A stretch of 54,810 nt of DNA, filler included, from Circinaria calcarea (lineage: Eukaryota): the NCBI GenBank assembly GCA_051942165.1. It is 3 parts of 3 records of this genome, joined end to end, with 100 filler letters (N's around TTAATTAATTAA, not from the genome) between each part and the next. Parts side by side here need not be neighbours in the genome. Positions count along the whole stretch, not along the records: positions 18,411 to 36,596 come from JAVECS010000241.1; positions 36,697 to 54,810 come from JAVECS010000242.1; 1 more part is not named here. One strand, 5' to 3'. Position numbers and translations under genes: made by a program. Under the pieces are notes generated by a model. It made no database searches. It had not been told where the DNA came from and was given only the letters and a program-made list of their open reading frames with translations. Below are positions 34,935-48,959 of the stretch, piece by piece; the first letter of the stretch is position 1; every line of letters begins with the position of its first letter.

Positions 34935-36596
34935 TCATGCTCCAAATGGGGAAGCGTCCCACCCAGGTCCATCGAGTCTCGCAGCAGGATTTACGACCCT
35001 TTCTGCTGGCAGCTCACTGGCATCTGATTTTAACTCAGGGTTTCGTTGTTCATGATATCTCGAAGGTCTTAAAGCAATAGGCCTTCGTCGTATTTGTTGC
35101 ACTGTAGACTCGATCGTGTCTTCCAATTGGACCGTTTGATTTGGAATTTCCATATTAGCGCTATGCTTGGGGTCGTGATCCTTGCTGTCTTGGGTTATCG
35201 CATCAGATTGGGTGTCGACTGCTGGCCGTGGCGGCAACGGCGGTGGCCTGAGGGGATTATTGGTGAAAGCTGCAGACTTTTCGTTGTCTAGATTTTCTCC
35301 CGTTCCGTTATCATCGCTATCACTCTCGATAGTTAACTCAATTTCCTTGTCCTCGATCTTCTCATCAGTATCGCTATATAAATACATCCCGAACAGTCCC
35401 AAGCTCGATTTCCGTGTCCCTTTGGTTGAATCATACGAGTTAGTCTTCTCCATCTCGTCTGCGGCGACATGAGCAGTCTTCTTTTTCTCGGTGGAGGCGC
35501 CATCGGCATGAGAGCCCGTCTCGACAGGTGTGGCATTGCCCGACGCCCGACTCCTCGATCCAAAGAATGGCCTTTTCTTCTTCTGCTTTTTTTCAGAAGA
35601 ACCACTGTCAGTCTTGTCCAAATCAATATTGGCTCCCATAATCCCTTGCTTCATGGTCCGAAGCTCAATAACCCGCTTCCTCGCAGCCAATATATCAGGA
35701 TGATTGAAATTAAGCATCTTTTCCCTTCCTCTCAAAGCCTGCTCTGCCAACTTTAACGCACGACCAACTTCCCGCTTCGTAACATGTGCTTCAGAAAGGC
35801 GAAGTAGTGCCGTCAGGGTACTTGGATGCTCCTCGCCCACAACTTTCTTTAGTCCATCATACGCCTGTTGTTGCAGAATCATTGCACGATCTAATTCTGA
35901 TGCATCCGCCAATGTTAAGGCTGCAGCGTACGCCGATTGGTATTCGTAGGGTTTTGCGTGGTGTTTGCCGTAAGTCTTCTGAACTCCGTTCCATGCAGTA
36001 GACAGAAGCCTTGAAGCTTCTACGTACCTACCCTGTATTATTCGGATACTGCCTAGCGCGTTCTGTATGAAAAAGTTGTACTGATGATCTGGTGGAAAAG
36101 GGTGCTCTTTTTCGATGAGATCTATCAAGCTCAAGAAGATCGTCTCAGCTTCCTCCAATTTGTTATTTACAATGAGCGTGGTTGCGAACGTGTATCGCGC
36201 TTCCTGTGTGTCGATATGGTTGGGACCATAAGTGGCAGTTGTCACCTCCAAGTACTCTCCTGCTGTCTTCTCCGCCTCAACGTATTTCCCTTGCGCGCAC
36301 TGAATGAAAACGAGTCGCCGCATGATCAGCAGGGTTGTCTTGTCAGCCATGCCAATCAGATGTCTCTGTCCATTCAGGGCACTTATGATACAAATTTCCG
36401 CTTGGTCATATCTTCCTGAAAACTCCAGAATCGTGGCAAGACGTCTCTGCGAAGAAAACACACTTGGATCATGTGGTCCTAAGAATTTCTCACGTCCGGA
36501 TAAAGCTTTTCGAGAAGCTTTCTCTGCCACGGCGAGCGTTCCACGGGTTTGCGCAATAAGGGCGAAAAGATCCAAAGCATCGAAGTACTGCCGGTC
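34935..36596 (-). CDS. Kinesin-light-chain-type TPR repeat protein, 5'-partial (possibly the C-terminus of a fungal NLR-like protein)
   Basis: Repeated units such as LGPHDPSV, YGPNHIDT, YGKHHAKP, VGEEHPST, LNFNHPDI, then a disordered tail. Cut by the contig end; no NB-ARC domain is visible. Confidence 0.8.
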   Translation of the reverse strand, partial: DRQYFDALDLFALIAQTRGTLAVAEKASRKALSGREKFLGPHDPSVFSSQRRLATILEFSGRYDQAEICIISALNGQRHLIGMADKTTLLIMRRLVFIQCAQGKYVEAEKTAGEYLEVTTATYGPNHIDTQEARYTFATTLIVNNKLEEAETIFLSLIDLIEKEHPFPPDHQYNFFIQNALGSIRIIQGRYVEASRLLSTAWNGVQKTYGKHHAKPYEYQSAYAAALTLADASELDRAMILQQQAYDGLKKVVGEEHPSTLTALLRLSEAHVTKREVGRALKLAEQALRGREKMLNFNHPDILAARKRVIELRTMKQGIMGANIDLDKTDSGSSEKKQKKKRPFFGSRSRASGNATPVETGSHADGASTEKKKTAHVAADEMEKTNSYDSTKGTRKSSLGLFGMYLYSDTDEKIEDKEIELTIESDSDDNGTGENLDNEKSAAFTNNPLRPPPLPPRPAVDTQSDAITQDSKDHDPKHSANMEIPNQTVQLEDTIESTVQQIRRRPIALRPSRYHEQRNPELKSDASELPAERVVNPAARLDGPGWDASPFGA

Positions 36597-36696
36597 NNNN
36601 NNNNNNNNNNNNNNNNNNNNNNNNNNNNNNNNNNNNNNNNTTAATTAATTAANNNNNNNNNNNNNNNNNNNNNNNNNNNNNNNNNNNNNNNNNNNN
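36597..36696. other. Artificial contig linker
   Basis: N-run + TTAATTAATTAA + N-run. Confidence 0.98.
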
Positions 36697-37329
36697 GGAG
36701 AAGGGGTAAGGTTAGGAAATTGGCAAAGGAGGATGGATAGATAGGCTTAGAAAATGCATAAGCAGGGGAGGGGAGAGGCCTCCAGGGTATGAAATATGTG
36801 TTTGCTTCTTGCTTGCTTACGATAGTCCAACTCTAGCTTGGGGCTAGGGTCTATGGGAAATGTGCACGTGGTGTCCTTTCCATACCAATTGCCAACTGAA
36901 AGATAGCCCAAGTCGTCGAAGGACCCTCCACGGTATGAATCGTGTTGTGCGTTGCTTGTTTCTTGTTTCTTGTGGCTTGCTCCTCGCACCTTTTAGCCAG
37001 CTAGGATACTGGCTAAACTCTACCAAAACCCCAACGTGGTATACTTCCAATCCTAGATAAACTCATGCGGGAGAGTGATGTCTGTGTCTGCGGTTTCTTG
37101 GTAGAGTAGAGCAGAACCTTGTAGGGAAAAGGTAACTACTCTAGCCATCAACAGTGTGTTACCCTAGGATAATATCATGTAACAGTCCGCAACATCTCAC
37201 ATGGATCCCGCCTTTTGTAATTCTTGAAACTTGTTTGCCTTTCCATTTTCCGACCGGTAGCGATCGATACAATATCAATACTAAACAATAAACTTTTCTC
37301 ATCTTCCCTCAGAAACCTTTAGGGTATAC

Positions 37330-40300
37330 TCAAGGAGCCATCACCAATGCCAACAGCGCCATTCGACAGTAAAGCCCGTATCGCATCTGTCACCGGTGTT
37401 AGCAAATCATTCCCCTCCTCCAAAATAAACTCAAAACCCCTAATTTCCAAACTCACCTGCCTGAAATAAGCCGCCCTCTGGTCAAAGTCCACTTCCTCGT
37501 CGACTTCTCGATTCCGTGGCAGCGGATGCATGACCACCATTCCCGGCTTGGCACCCTTGAGCACCTTGTTATCCACCACCAATCCGTCCTTGACCTGTTC
37601 ATATAGATCCAGATCTTCAAACCGTTCCTTTTGCACCCGTGTGCAGTATAGAACGTCACTTCTGGCAACGATTTCAAGGGATAGCGTAGTGGATTCAGCA
37701 ATTAGTTGGCCCGATGAGATGAGCTGTTGACGGATGGACGAAGGGAGGGAGAGAGGACCGGGGGAGACAAGTTGAATGGAGACGGCGTAATGGCGGAGAA
37801 GTTTCACAAGAGAGTGTACGGTTCGACCGTGGCGGAGATCGCCGATGAAGGTAATGGTGAGACCGGTAACGGTACCAAGTTCTTCTCTGATTGTGAAAAG
37901 GTCGAGGAATGCCTGAGTAGGATGTTCCTTGCTCCCATTTCCACCATTGATGATAGGCACAGAAGAGAATTTAGCAGCGATATCAGCAGAAGATTCATCC
38001 GGATGGCGGAGAACGATAGCGTCGCCGTAACAGCCTAGCGTACGGATGGTGTCTTGGAGTGATTCACCTTTCTGGGTGGACGAATGAGATGTGGCGATTG
38101 CGACCGTACGACCTCCTAATCGTTGCATGGCAGCGTCAAAAGAGGCAGAGGTGCGGGTGGATGGCTCATAAAAAATCGTGCAGAGGAGTCGACCGCGTAA
38201 TACATCGAGGATGCCTTGACGTTGAACGCCGAGGCGCATCTCTTGGGCAACGGTGAAGAGCAGATGTAGGTCCTGGCGGCTGATATCATTGACGGAGATG
38301 ATGTGGCGTTGCTTGAACGACGAGTTGGAGATAAGATCGAGAAGTGAAGTGGATGGTGTAGAAGGTAGAGGAGGTAAAAGAGGTGGACCCAAATCTTCAG
38401 CTATAGCTGGTGTGGTGCCTGTTGGAGGATGAATACTATGAGTGTCTGAATGACGAAGCCTTTGGAACGGTCGAGGCGTAAGTGTCGAGGTACCCCTGCC
38501 ATGGGAGCTATCCGGTCGAGGCTGTATAGCTGGAGAAATAACGGACTTGACTTCTGGCGAAAGGGGTGAAATCACATGTGAGGACATATCTTTCCCTCGT
38601 GCTGCGTCCAATACCAATTCCCCGTCAAGGCACACGGTTTGATCCTGGAAGATTACCCTCTGGACGGTCCCTCTCATAGTTCTACCGGTGAATGGGGACC
38701 AGGCAGGCGAAGATGAGAGAATATACGGCCTATCAACCTCGATTTCGACAGAAGTGCCAATCTGCTCATGCAACTCAAAGATAGACTTTGGATTGTCATG
38801 TAATCTTGCGGTGATATCATCGATAGTAAGACGTCCTTCCGATACTGCAGTGAAAAGTAGTGGAAGTATATCCGCAATGCCCACAGCGGGAGTGGCATCT
38901 ACCTTGGCCGCAATAGCGACTTGATATGGTAGACTCCCTATGGAGAATGCGTCTATAATGTGCAGATGTTCCCAGAGCGCTTCTTGATCCTGACGGGTTG
39001 GGAGAAATAAGCATTGTGGGAAAGTCTCCTGAGACAGGAACAGTGAGTACACCGATACATCACAAGTGACCTTCAAACCCTTCTCCTTACTCAAGGCGAT
39101 CAAGGCGATGTCGTCTTTGGTGCTGACACTCGTAACATGCAACTTCCTATCATGCAAGCTCGCTAATAGTAGGACTGAAGCAAGGTCAGTGGTCTTCGCG
39201 TCAGTGACCATGGGTTTATTGGAAGGCCACGCGGCAAAGTGCGAGGTGATGGCTGCAACTTTGCTGATATTGTCACACAAGTGGTTGAATGGTATAAACA
39301 GGGACCCAACTTGTCCTGCAATCTGGCCAACCTGTTCCGAGTTGGACGATGTCGCGGCCACGGAAAAGTTGTAATCACAGTAAGCTCCTTGCCGGCTATT
39401 CTTCTGTGCAATCTTGAGCGATCGCGAATCCGTCACTGAACTGTCGAGTCCCAAAGGCATAACCCTAATCATACTAAAACCAGCAGCAAGGGAGGCTTTC
39501 GTAATCATGTGGAAATCGTGACTGGCATTAATAGCAATACCAGGAGCAAACGCTGCAATATTCACGAGTCCTGGTAACGATATCGTCCGATGGCTGGTTT
39601 TGAAATCAATACTCAGTATCTCGAGATCGTAATGTCTCGAGATAGCCTCGATGAGTATCTTTGCATTCTTGACGTTTGTCACAAGGGGAGTTTGGTAGTC
39701 GACTGCCATTCTCCGCGTCTTATAACCACTACTCATGTAATTCGCAGGCCTCCGGAAGCGATTACTGGATGGCAAGTTGATGTAGAGATCAATGAGGTTA
39801 TTTGCCAAATGTTGTGTTAGAGAATACTCTGACTTCTGATTTTTCTCTTCGTTCGCCAAGGTCTCGAGATATTTCACTGGAACTCCGTGTTCTTGTAGAT
39901 AATCTGCTGTACCGGCGGTTGCGAATAAGTTATATCCCATCCGGTGTAATTTTCTCACGGAAGGCAGCATTTCTGCTTTGTCCTTGAAGGAACCAATAGA
40001 AAACAAAACGTTCTTATTTGGCAGCCGGAAGCCGGTAGAGATCAATGCTTTAAGGTAAGCCTCGTACTTGTCTCTGCCAAAGCAAGCGACTTCACCAGTC
40101 GACGCCATCTCCACACCCAGCACCGGATCCGCACCTGACAGCCTTGAAAAGGAGAACTGTGGTACCTTAACGCCAACATAATCTTTTGGGATGTCAATGG
40201 CGGGATATTCCTCAACTGGAAGACCTAACATGGCTTTTGTGGCCATTTCGATCAGATCCAAGCCCATAACCTTTGACACGAAAGGAAAGGATCGAGAAGC

Positions 40301-43300
40301 TCGGACGTTACATTCAATGACCTTAATCTCGTTGTCCTTAGCAATGAATTGAATGTTGAAAGGACCGGTCACGTTCAATGCGTATCCGATCTTCCGCGTG
40401 GCTTCTTCTATTCTTCGGACTGTCTCGGGGTCAAGATCTTGGGGAGGCAGAATCAGGGTAGCGTCTCCCGAGTGAACGCCTGCATTTTCCACATGTTCCG
40501 ATATGAAGTGACCGATCATTCTCCCCTTGTATGCAACAGCATCCATCTCGATCTCTTTGGCATTCTCAATATACTTGGTAATCACCACAGGGTGATCCCT
40601 CGATACCTCTGCTGCCTGGTTCAGATAATTGGCAAGATCGTCCATGGAGTAAACTGTGTTCATGGCAGCGCCTGATAAAACGTAGGATGGCCGGACGAGA
40701 ACCGGGTATGTGACCTTTTCACAGAATTCGGTGGCTTCCTCTATGCTCGTTAATTCCTTCCATGCTGGCTGATCAACAAAAATCCGGTCTAGCATACGCG
40801 AAAACTTATACCGGTTCTCAGCGGTGTCGATCATTTCCGGTGAAGTTCCAAGAACTTTAACGTTCAGGCGGTGCAAAGGAAGAGCGATATTGTTCGGAGT
40901 TTGACCTCCCACAGAGATGATGACACCGCTCGTGGATTCCGTATGGTAAATGTCCAGGATTGTTTCCAAGTTAATATTCTCAAAGTAAAGTCGATCAGCT
41001 TCATCATAATCCGTGCTAACGGTTTCTGGATTATAATTGACCATGACGGTTTTGAAGCCCTGCTCTCTCAGTGTGCGGATAGCTCTGACCGAGCACCAGT
41101 CAAATTCGACCGATGATCCAATGCGGTAAACACCAGATCCGAGGACCATGACACCGTGGTCGTTAAACGTTACATCGTGTTCGGATCCATTGTAGGTCAT
41201 GTACAAATAATTTGTGATGGCTGGGAACTCTGCCGCAACAGTGTCAATTTGTTTCACAAAAGGTGTGATACCGGCTTCGACTCGCAACCGACGTACAGCT
41301 AGTTCGTTTGAGCTCCAGAACTTAGCGAGCTGACGATCCGAGAATCCAAGTTGCTTTGCTTGACGCAGAAGGGGCAGTGGAATAGTAGTTGCGTTAAAAG
41401 TGCTCATGTACTTGCCGAAATTGCTGAGACCTTTGAGCTTGCTTAAAAACCATTTGTCGATTTGAGTCATCTGCCATATCTTATCTACCGAATACCCTGA
41501 GTACATAGCATTGGCGATGGCGAAGAGGCGTTGATCAGATGGGGTTTGCAATTCGTTATCGATTGACATCAATGCATTGGTAGCATTGAAACCCAAGTTG
41601 TGGAAGTCTATAGCTCGTATGGCCTTTTGGATGGCCTCTTCAAAGGTCCGGCCAATACTCATAACCTCGCCAACACTCTTCATAGATGAATTCAGCTGAG
41701 TGGAAACCCGGGTGAATTTCTTAAGATCCCATCTAGGTATTTTGACCACGACGTAGTCGAGAGACGGCTCGAAACATGCGCATGTCACTTTCGTCACTGC
41801 ATTAGATATCTCGTTCAGCGGTATTCCCAGACCTAGCTTGGCAGCAACAAAGGCCAACGGATAGCCTGTTGCTTTGGACGCTAATGCAGAGGATCTCGAA
41901 AGACGTGCATTGACTTCAATGATGCAGTACTCCTTTGAGAATGGATTCAATGCGTATTGTATGTTGCACTCGCCAACTACACCAAGATGGCGAATGACAT
42001 TGACGGCTGTCGTCCTTAACATGTTGTAGTCCTGATCCGAAAGCGTCTGCGATGGTGCAACGACGATAGAATCCCCAGTATGTATTCCAAGAGGATCGAA
42101 ATTTTCCATGTTGCAAACTGTGATGCAATTGTCCCTAGCATCACGGACAACTTCATACTCTATTTCCTTCCATCCTTTCATACTCCTTTCAATCAAGACT
42201 TGAGGACTGGCAGCAAACGCTTTATTGCAAAGGTCAACTAGTTGTTGCTCGTCTTCCGCAAAGCCGCTACCAAGGCCCCCCAAGGCATATGCTGCCCGTA
42301 TAATGACAGGAAATCCAATGTCCTTTACAGCCCGGAGAGCTTCCTCCACAGAACTTGCAGAAGCTGACTTGGCGCACTTCTCGCCTATTGATTCCATGCT
42401 TCGGGCAAATAACTCCCGGTCTTCGGTGGTAATAATGGTGTCAATGGGCGTACCTAGAACCTGTACACCAAGCTGCTCGAACTCGTCTTTCAACTGGATT
42501 CCAACCTGTAATGCTGTTTGACCACCAAAGGTAACATATATAGCATCAGGTCGCTCATGCTTGATCACCTTGCGAACAAATTCGCTGGTCACTGGTAGAA
42601 AATAGACCTTATCAGCAAGACCTTTGGAGGTTTGAATTGTAGCGATATTAGGATTGATAAGGATGGTATAGATCCCTTCCTGCTTCAAGGCTTTGACAGC
42701 CTGGCTTCCCGAGTAGTCAAATTCACCGGCTTGCCCAATACTGAGGCCGCCACTCCCCAGCACCAAGACCTTCTTCACCAGTACCCTTGGATGGAGTCGG
42801 TTATTCTCTTCAGATGCACCACCAGGAAACACCACTGGAGCTGATAAAGCTTCCTCAGTTTCAAGACTTTTCTTGATGGTATCGATAAAGACGTCAAACA
42901 GAAACTCCGTATCACGTGGGCCTGGAGTGCTCTCGGGATGGAACTGAACGCTGAAGAATGGACGACTGACGTGTCTGATACCCTCGTTGCTCCCGTCGTT
43001 AGCGTTCACGAAAAGTTCCTCCCAACTCTCCGGCAAGTTCGAAGCATCAACAGCATAACCATGATTTTGCGAGGTTATATAGCATTTTCCGGAAAGTAGA
43101 TTTGTGCATGGAATGTTATGGCCACGGTTCCCAAACTTCATCTTGATGGTGGAAGCTCCTGCAGCCCGTGCAAGTAGTTGATGGCCCAGGCATATCCCGA
43201 AGATTGGCGTCTTACCTTCAGCCATCGCAATTGATATATTTTCAGCTGTTTTTGTGAGTATTGCTGGGTCTCCTGGACCATTGGAAATGAAAAGACCGTC

Positions 43301-44330
43301 ATATTCCGTTCCAGCAAGTCGGGGAAAGTCGTAATCCCATGGAACTACTTGTACCGCAACTCCCCTAGAAACAAGGCATCTGAGTTGGCTATACTTTAGG
43401 CCTACGTCCACGCAGAGTACCCTGACTGGTCGCCCAGAAGGATGACGAAGCGCAGTTGCATCAGGTGGAGTGTGGAGATGGGGTGCACGGCAGGAGACTA
43501 CAATTGGGGTCAGAGATCAATTTAGCAGTTGGTTGACATGTAAATTTCTCACCGGCGGCCACTAGGTTTTCCATGTTAGGATTCAACCACTCGATCTGAT
43601 CGTACATCATCCGCCAGTCTCGACTCATGGCCCGTTCAAGGGGAGTATGGTGCTCAGTATGTCCATTCACTCTGTTCTTGGTACTGTCCTTGGACTCGAC
43701 TAGCATTCTGCCAAGCAGACTTCCCCTTTCACGAATCTTCTTAGTCAAAGCCCTTGTATCAACGCCGTACATAGCAGGAATCCCCTGTTGCCGCAACCAG
43801 ATTCCAAGAGAAGACGATGCCAGATAATGAGAGAAGTCTTCGCCAGAGTATGAAGCAACCACAAGACCAGCAATGTGAATTTCGGCGGCCTCAAAATGGG
43901 CGGGTAGGCTGGGGAGAAGCTCGTCCATCGTCTCCCGAGAAGGCACTCCATAGTTCCCGACCAGTGGAAAGGTCACCACCAGAATTTGTCCCCGATAAGA
44001 CGGATCTGTCACTGATTCGGGGTAGCCTACCATGCCAGTCTGAAATACCAGCTCTCCTGCCGTGCTATTCTCTGCACCAAAGCTGTAGCCTTGATAGGTC
44101 GATCCATCTTCCAGCTCCAGTATCGTGGATCTTTTACCTGCTTGTCCCAGCGCCAAGAAGGACCCGACTGGCACCACGAGTGCTGTTTCGGTCCCATCTG
44201 TGCCATTGGTATGACCTTTGGAGGGATGTATATCTCCGTTAGATGCTTCGACTGAAGCTGCAGTTGGCCGGAGTGCCAAGGGAGATTGACCGGGTGAAAT
44301 ACCATTCACCGCCTTTGAGGGAGTTGTCAT
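37330..44330 (-). CDS. URA2: Multifunctional pyrimidine biosynthesis protein (GATase, CPSase, inactive DHOase-like domain, ATCase), ~2291 aa; introns 43498-43552 and 37387-37456
   Basis: [59 protein letters not shown] introns restore frame and give the C-terminus [18 protein letters not shown]. Confidence 0.96.
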
Positions 44331-44877
44331 AGTTGTTTTACAGGAATAGAAAATCTCGGCCGTTTATCGTAATTTTCGTGAAATCACTTGAAGCATAGCA
44401 ATCGGTAGGCCGTGAAGTATTTACATGGCATGATCTTTAAAGATGAACCCCTATCTAACACCTCGTCCCCCACAGCGATGCTGGATTGCTTTAAACTTTT
44501 CTCTAGCCAATAATCCGACATCGATAGTGCGCCAACGGTAAGCGCTAGAATATGGTACATTAACACTGACCCTAATCCCTGTTATCCCCCACAAAAACGG
44601 TCCGTGCAGTAAAAATACCGCCCTGGTGTATTCTAGTCAGCTGTCTGTACTCGGTACATAGGACAAGCCTTGAAGCTAGCCGTTACCATACCTAGTTCGA
44701 AGTTAAGTACATCAGTACCCGCTGTTTGTCTCAGTTAGTTTGGTCGCTGTGTCCTCCTTTCATGGCGACGGTACCAGCCTGTAGGTGCGGGGAAGCAAGT
44801 TCTCCGACGGAGGAGGACTGATTACTCGCCTTCAAGTCAGTCCTCCCCCGTACTGGCCACCGTCCCTGGTTGCCAGG

Positions 44878-47800
44878 ATGCTATCCTCACTGTTACGGCC
44901 CAACAGAGACCGTCAACGCAGAGGGTCCTCGCCCGCGTCTTGGTACACTGGTGTGCAGCCGTCGCCGATGGCTGCCCGTAGGACTTCGACCGAGGAGCGT
45001 CGACGGGTGGCAGCCAACTTCGATGATGAGGATTCAGCTGGGGAGGACGAAGATCCAGATGGAGACGATCAAGGACAAGACGAAGCAGACGGTGAAGATG
45101 ACCCGAACAATGAGGACGGGCACGGGGAAACATCACCGCTGCTGCCCATCTTTGAGACTGCTCTTCTAGGTACGTTGGGGCTTCCTTTGGATATGAAGAT
45201 TATGTCTGATCGAGGTGGTTCAAGACGCGTTACCGGTCTACAACCTCACACATGCCATTCGCCTACTGGTCGTACCACGATGTGACACTACTCTGTCATG
45301 GGACCAGCTTCGATCTCCCCAGGTCTCGCAATTCCTCGTCAAACCGATACAACAACAAATAATCACCTCCCACTTCTCGAGTGCCACCCTTTACGCGCTT
45401 ATGGCCAATTGCCTGCAGTTCAACAAGGAGGTTCAAAAGAACGCGGGGAACAGTGGCACAAGCAAAACGCGAGCACTGGTGTGCGAGTTGCTTGCCATTA
45501 AACTCTTAAAAGAGTTCAGCACTCGAGAACTGGTTTGTAACGGCCGGACATGATTGTAACTGATGGCTAATATAATCTTAGATCGGTAGATATGATACGC
45601 CGAATAGAGACTTTGTGTATGTACTGATTTTTGGGTCTAGATGCGTTGTCGTACGACTTCTACCCTTTACAAGGCATCACCAATGGTAACACTCCGCCGA
45701 CACCAAATTGGGAAGTGTCCCAAAAGAACAAGCCTCAACCACGAGTAGCACGGATATCGACGCTCGAGATAGCCATCAGAGCTCAGGCCAAGCGCTTCTT
45801 AGCACATCCTTTGGTGGTCCAACAGCTGGAAGCCATCTGGGCCGGTACTATCGTCTTCCATTCCGCTGCAGATAATTTGCACCGTCCTCAGACTAAAGTG
45901 GTCCCGAACCAAAACAGAGGATATGGCGCCTTGGGGTCCGGCGGTCCGGTGTTGAAAGCGTCTCCAAACGGCCTTCAGCCATCCAAACAACGCGACCATC
46001 ACGATTCAGTGACGCTAACGGTTCGTAGGTCCGTTACCTTGTATGATCCTCGTGATGCGTCGCTGTTCAAACTGTCAAGACTTAGAGTGCCGCGGTATCG
46101 ACAAGCCCTTTCAACCTTCTCGTTTGCAGCGTTACTTGGCCTATTCCTTGCAGTCCTGACGGAGAGATCACTCAAGATCACAGCGCTAGAAGTTGTGTTC
46201 TGGTTGTGGAGCGCCGGTTTCATGCTTGATGAGATTGTAGGGTTCAATGAACAGGGCTTTAGTTTGTACATCATGAGCTTCTGGAATGCATTTGATCTGG
46301 GTATCTTAATGCTGTTGATCTGCTACTATTGCATGAGGCTCTATGGGATCCTAATGCCGGCTTTACGAAAACACCATACTGCAGACATGGCATACGACAT
46401 TTTGGCCGCCAATGCTGTGCTGCTATTTCCGCGCTTGTTCTCTGTGCTAGATCATTATCGCTACTTCTCACAGCTTCTAATTGCCTTTCGTATGATGGCG
46501 GTCGATCTAGTGGCCGTATTCATACTAATCATAATCAGTTGCAGTGGCTTCTTCGTGGCTTTCACCTTATCGTTTGGCAATGACGACGATGCCAAAGCTG
46601 TGGCCTATGCACTCTTCCAGATGGTGATGGGCTTCACACCCGCAGCTTGGGAGCTGTGGCCAACATACAATTTCCTGGGCCAGGCTATCTTGATTTTGTT
46701 CCTTTTCATTTGTCATTTCCTCATTGTGACTATTCTAATCACGGTGCTTACAAACTCCTTCATGGCTATCGTCCAGAATGCGAATGAAGAGCATCAATTC
46801 GTGTTCGCTGTCAACGCTATTTCCATGGTCAAGTCGGATGCTTTGTTCTCATACATTGCTCCGACCAATATCTTGGCCTGGGTACTTACTCCCCTCCGGT
46901 TTGTCTTGCCGTTCAGCCAATTCGTCCGTATCAATAGAACAGTGATCAAAGTCACCCATTTTCCGGTCTTGTTTGCGATATATGCATACGAACGTGTCGT
47001 GCTACGAAGTAAAGCTTTTGAGCTAACGGAGATGATTGAGCAACGCGGCCGGTCCGATGTAAAAGCGAGGGTATTTGAAACACCTGGTACTGGATTGAAT
47101 CTCTTTAGTCCCAAGGCACCAAAAGTGAGAGAGCCATCCGTCACTACCTTCCAAAAGGACCGAGCACTCGATGAAGTATTTCGGAGACCGTTCAGAGGAA
47201 ACACAGCGCGGACGCAAAAAAGCCATGACCGTCGGAAAACTAGCAATGTGGTTAACAATTGGATGCAAAGTATGGATCCGGAGGGAACAGCAAGCTCTCC
47301 GCCGGAGCAGGACCGCTCGATCGTCGATAGGCTTGAGACTCGACGGCCTTTGCATCGACAGTCGCAGGTTGTCAGGAGGCGCCAAGGCCCGGGAAGGCAG
47401 TTTTCTGTCGCTACCATGTCTATCGCATCAGATCCTGAGGACTTCGTTGGGAGTACCAGGAATCCCTATGGTCCAGGATATCGTCGTGATGACACTGATC
47501 GGATAAATTTAACTATGGAGGACCTCCCTGAGCAAACCGACGGTGACGGCGACGACGAGTTGGTTACTAATGATGACGATGAGAACTTGACAGCAGATCC
47601 AACCCCAGTCGATCAACGGCGAAAGATAAGCCAAGCGGACTATTTCACTCGCAGCCCTACAGCTGGTCCTAAGTTACCTGATCCTCAGCCGGCTTTATCA
47701 TTTGCAGAACCACCAGAAGATCGTCCAGTTACACGTGTCGGGCCCGACCGTCCTGGGAGAAAGGTCCACAGCAGAAGCCTCTCCACCAACACGATTCTCT

Positions 47801-48480
47801 TTAATCCTACTGTCGAAGGGGCTGATTCATCTTCCTCACCAAGCCGTAAGGCTGCGACTGCTAAGAATAGTGCCAAGAATACTGGCGCGGGCAGTGGAGC
47901 AGTAACACCTGCGTCTATGGGCCGGCGGACACCCAAACGTATGCCTCCTGGAGTGGCTCGAGCTCGACCCATCATGCCTCCTCGAGTAGAATTCCACACG
48001 GCGCCCAATGTGGCAGGGATGTTGATGCTTGACAATCAGAATACCAGAGGTCAGAGAGCGCCTTTGGCATTTGAGATTGGCTCTGATATCGGAGACAACA
48101 AGGCTGCTGGAGGGGGCTTTATTGGGACAGTACCTGCAAGCCTTGCGACACAAATGGCTTTTGCAACAGACGCGATGAGAGTCAGCCGAACCAGCGATGG
48201 TGGGAGTGATGACCAACAGAGGATAGCAAAGTTAATGCTGGCGAGGATGAATAACCTTGAAGAGAGTTTCCGGGATATGCTGCAAGAAGTCAAGGAGTGG
48301 AGGAGGAAGGACAATCGCAGTCCAGGAGAGAATAAACCTGGGAGTCGAACGGGAAGGAAACTGGCTCGGAGGAGCCCAAAAGGGCAAGAGACACGGACAG
48401 ATAAGGGTAACAAAGATGCTGGGGATGAATGGGTGGACGAAAAGGAAGTGCCAACAAGGGAAAAGGGAAGTTCGGTTTAG
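44878..48480 (+). CDS. Yvc1/TRP-like cation channel; predicted exons 44878-45169, 45225-45532, 45582-45585, 45641-48480
   Basis: LSWDQLRSPQVSQFLVKP, TLEIAIRAQAKRFLAHPLVVQQLEAIWAG, RLRVPRY, multiple TM segments with LITVLTNSF, and a long disordered C-terminus. Confidence 0.88.
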
Positions 48481-48959
48481 CGAGCAAGGCGTTGTAGAGC
48501 ATATTGGCATCTTGTTCGTTACGTGGGTGTTAGGTTCATCGCTTTCTCGCTGCACTGTCGGTGGCACTGTCAGCGTTTGTTCGTTCGACTATACCCCTTG
48601 CAGCTTCGCATTGCGTGCTATTCGCTGGCTTCTATTCGTTTGCTAGAGGGTTATAGAATTAGATGGTCTTGTTGCCGTGCGGTTGCTCTTAGCTTGTCGT
48701 TGAAATTACTTTCACCACGATCTAGTAATGGTGTTGATCCCCACTTGACCCTGAGCATGATTCAAAGAAGCCAATCACAAATGCCATTTGTTGAAACGCA
48801 GGTCACCCTTCTGTCCATACCTACACCGCCGAGTTTTCACCAAAAATCTGTACCAACCGCTCATATGTCCACCGGACACCCCCTTGTCCGCCTGCCATTC
48901 ACTGTGGCTCCGTGTGCAAATTCGAAAACCATTTACGCATGGCTAACGTCAAATCGTAT

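Noticed and set aside
18311..36696. Mitochondrial DNA adjacent to nuclear transposons (NUMT), or linkage among the three segments
   Set aside because: The segments are joined by artificial six-frame-stop linkers and have decreasing lengths (18310, 18186, 18114), consistent with size-sorted concatenation. Adjacency has no biological meaning and they may come from different organisms.
38580..39600. Dihydroorotase domain of URA2 lacking the metal-binding HxH motif
   Set aside because: An inactive DHOase-like domain is the normal state of fungal URA2/pyrABCN.
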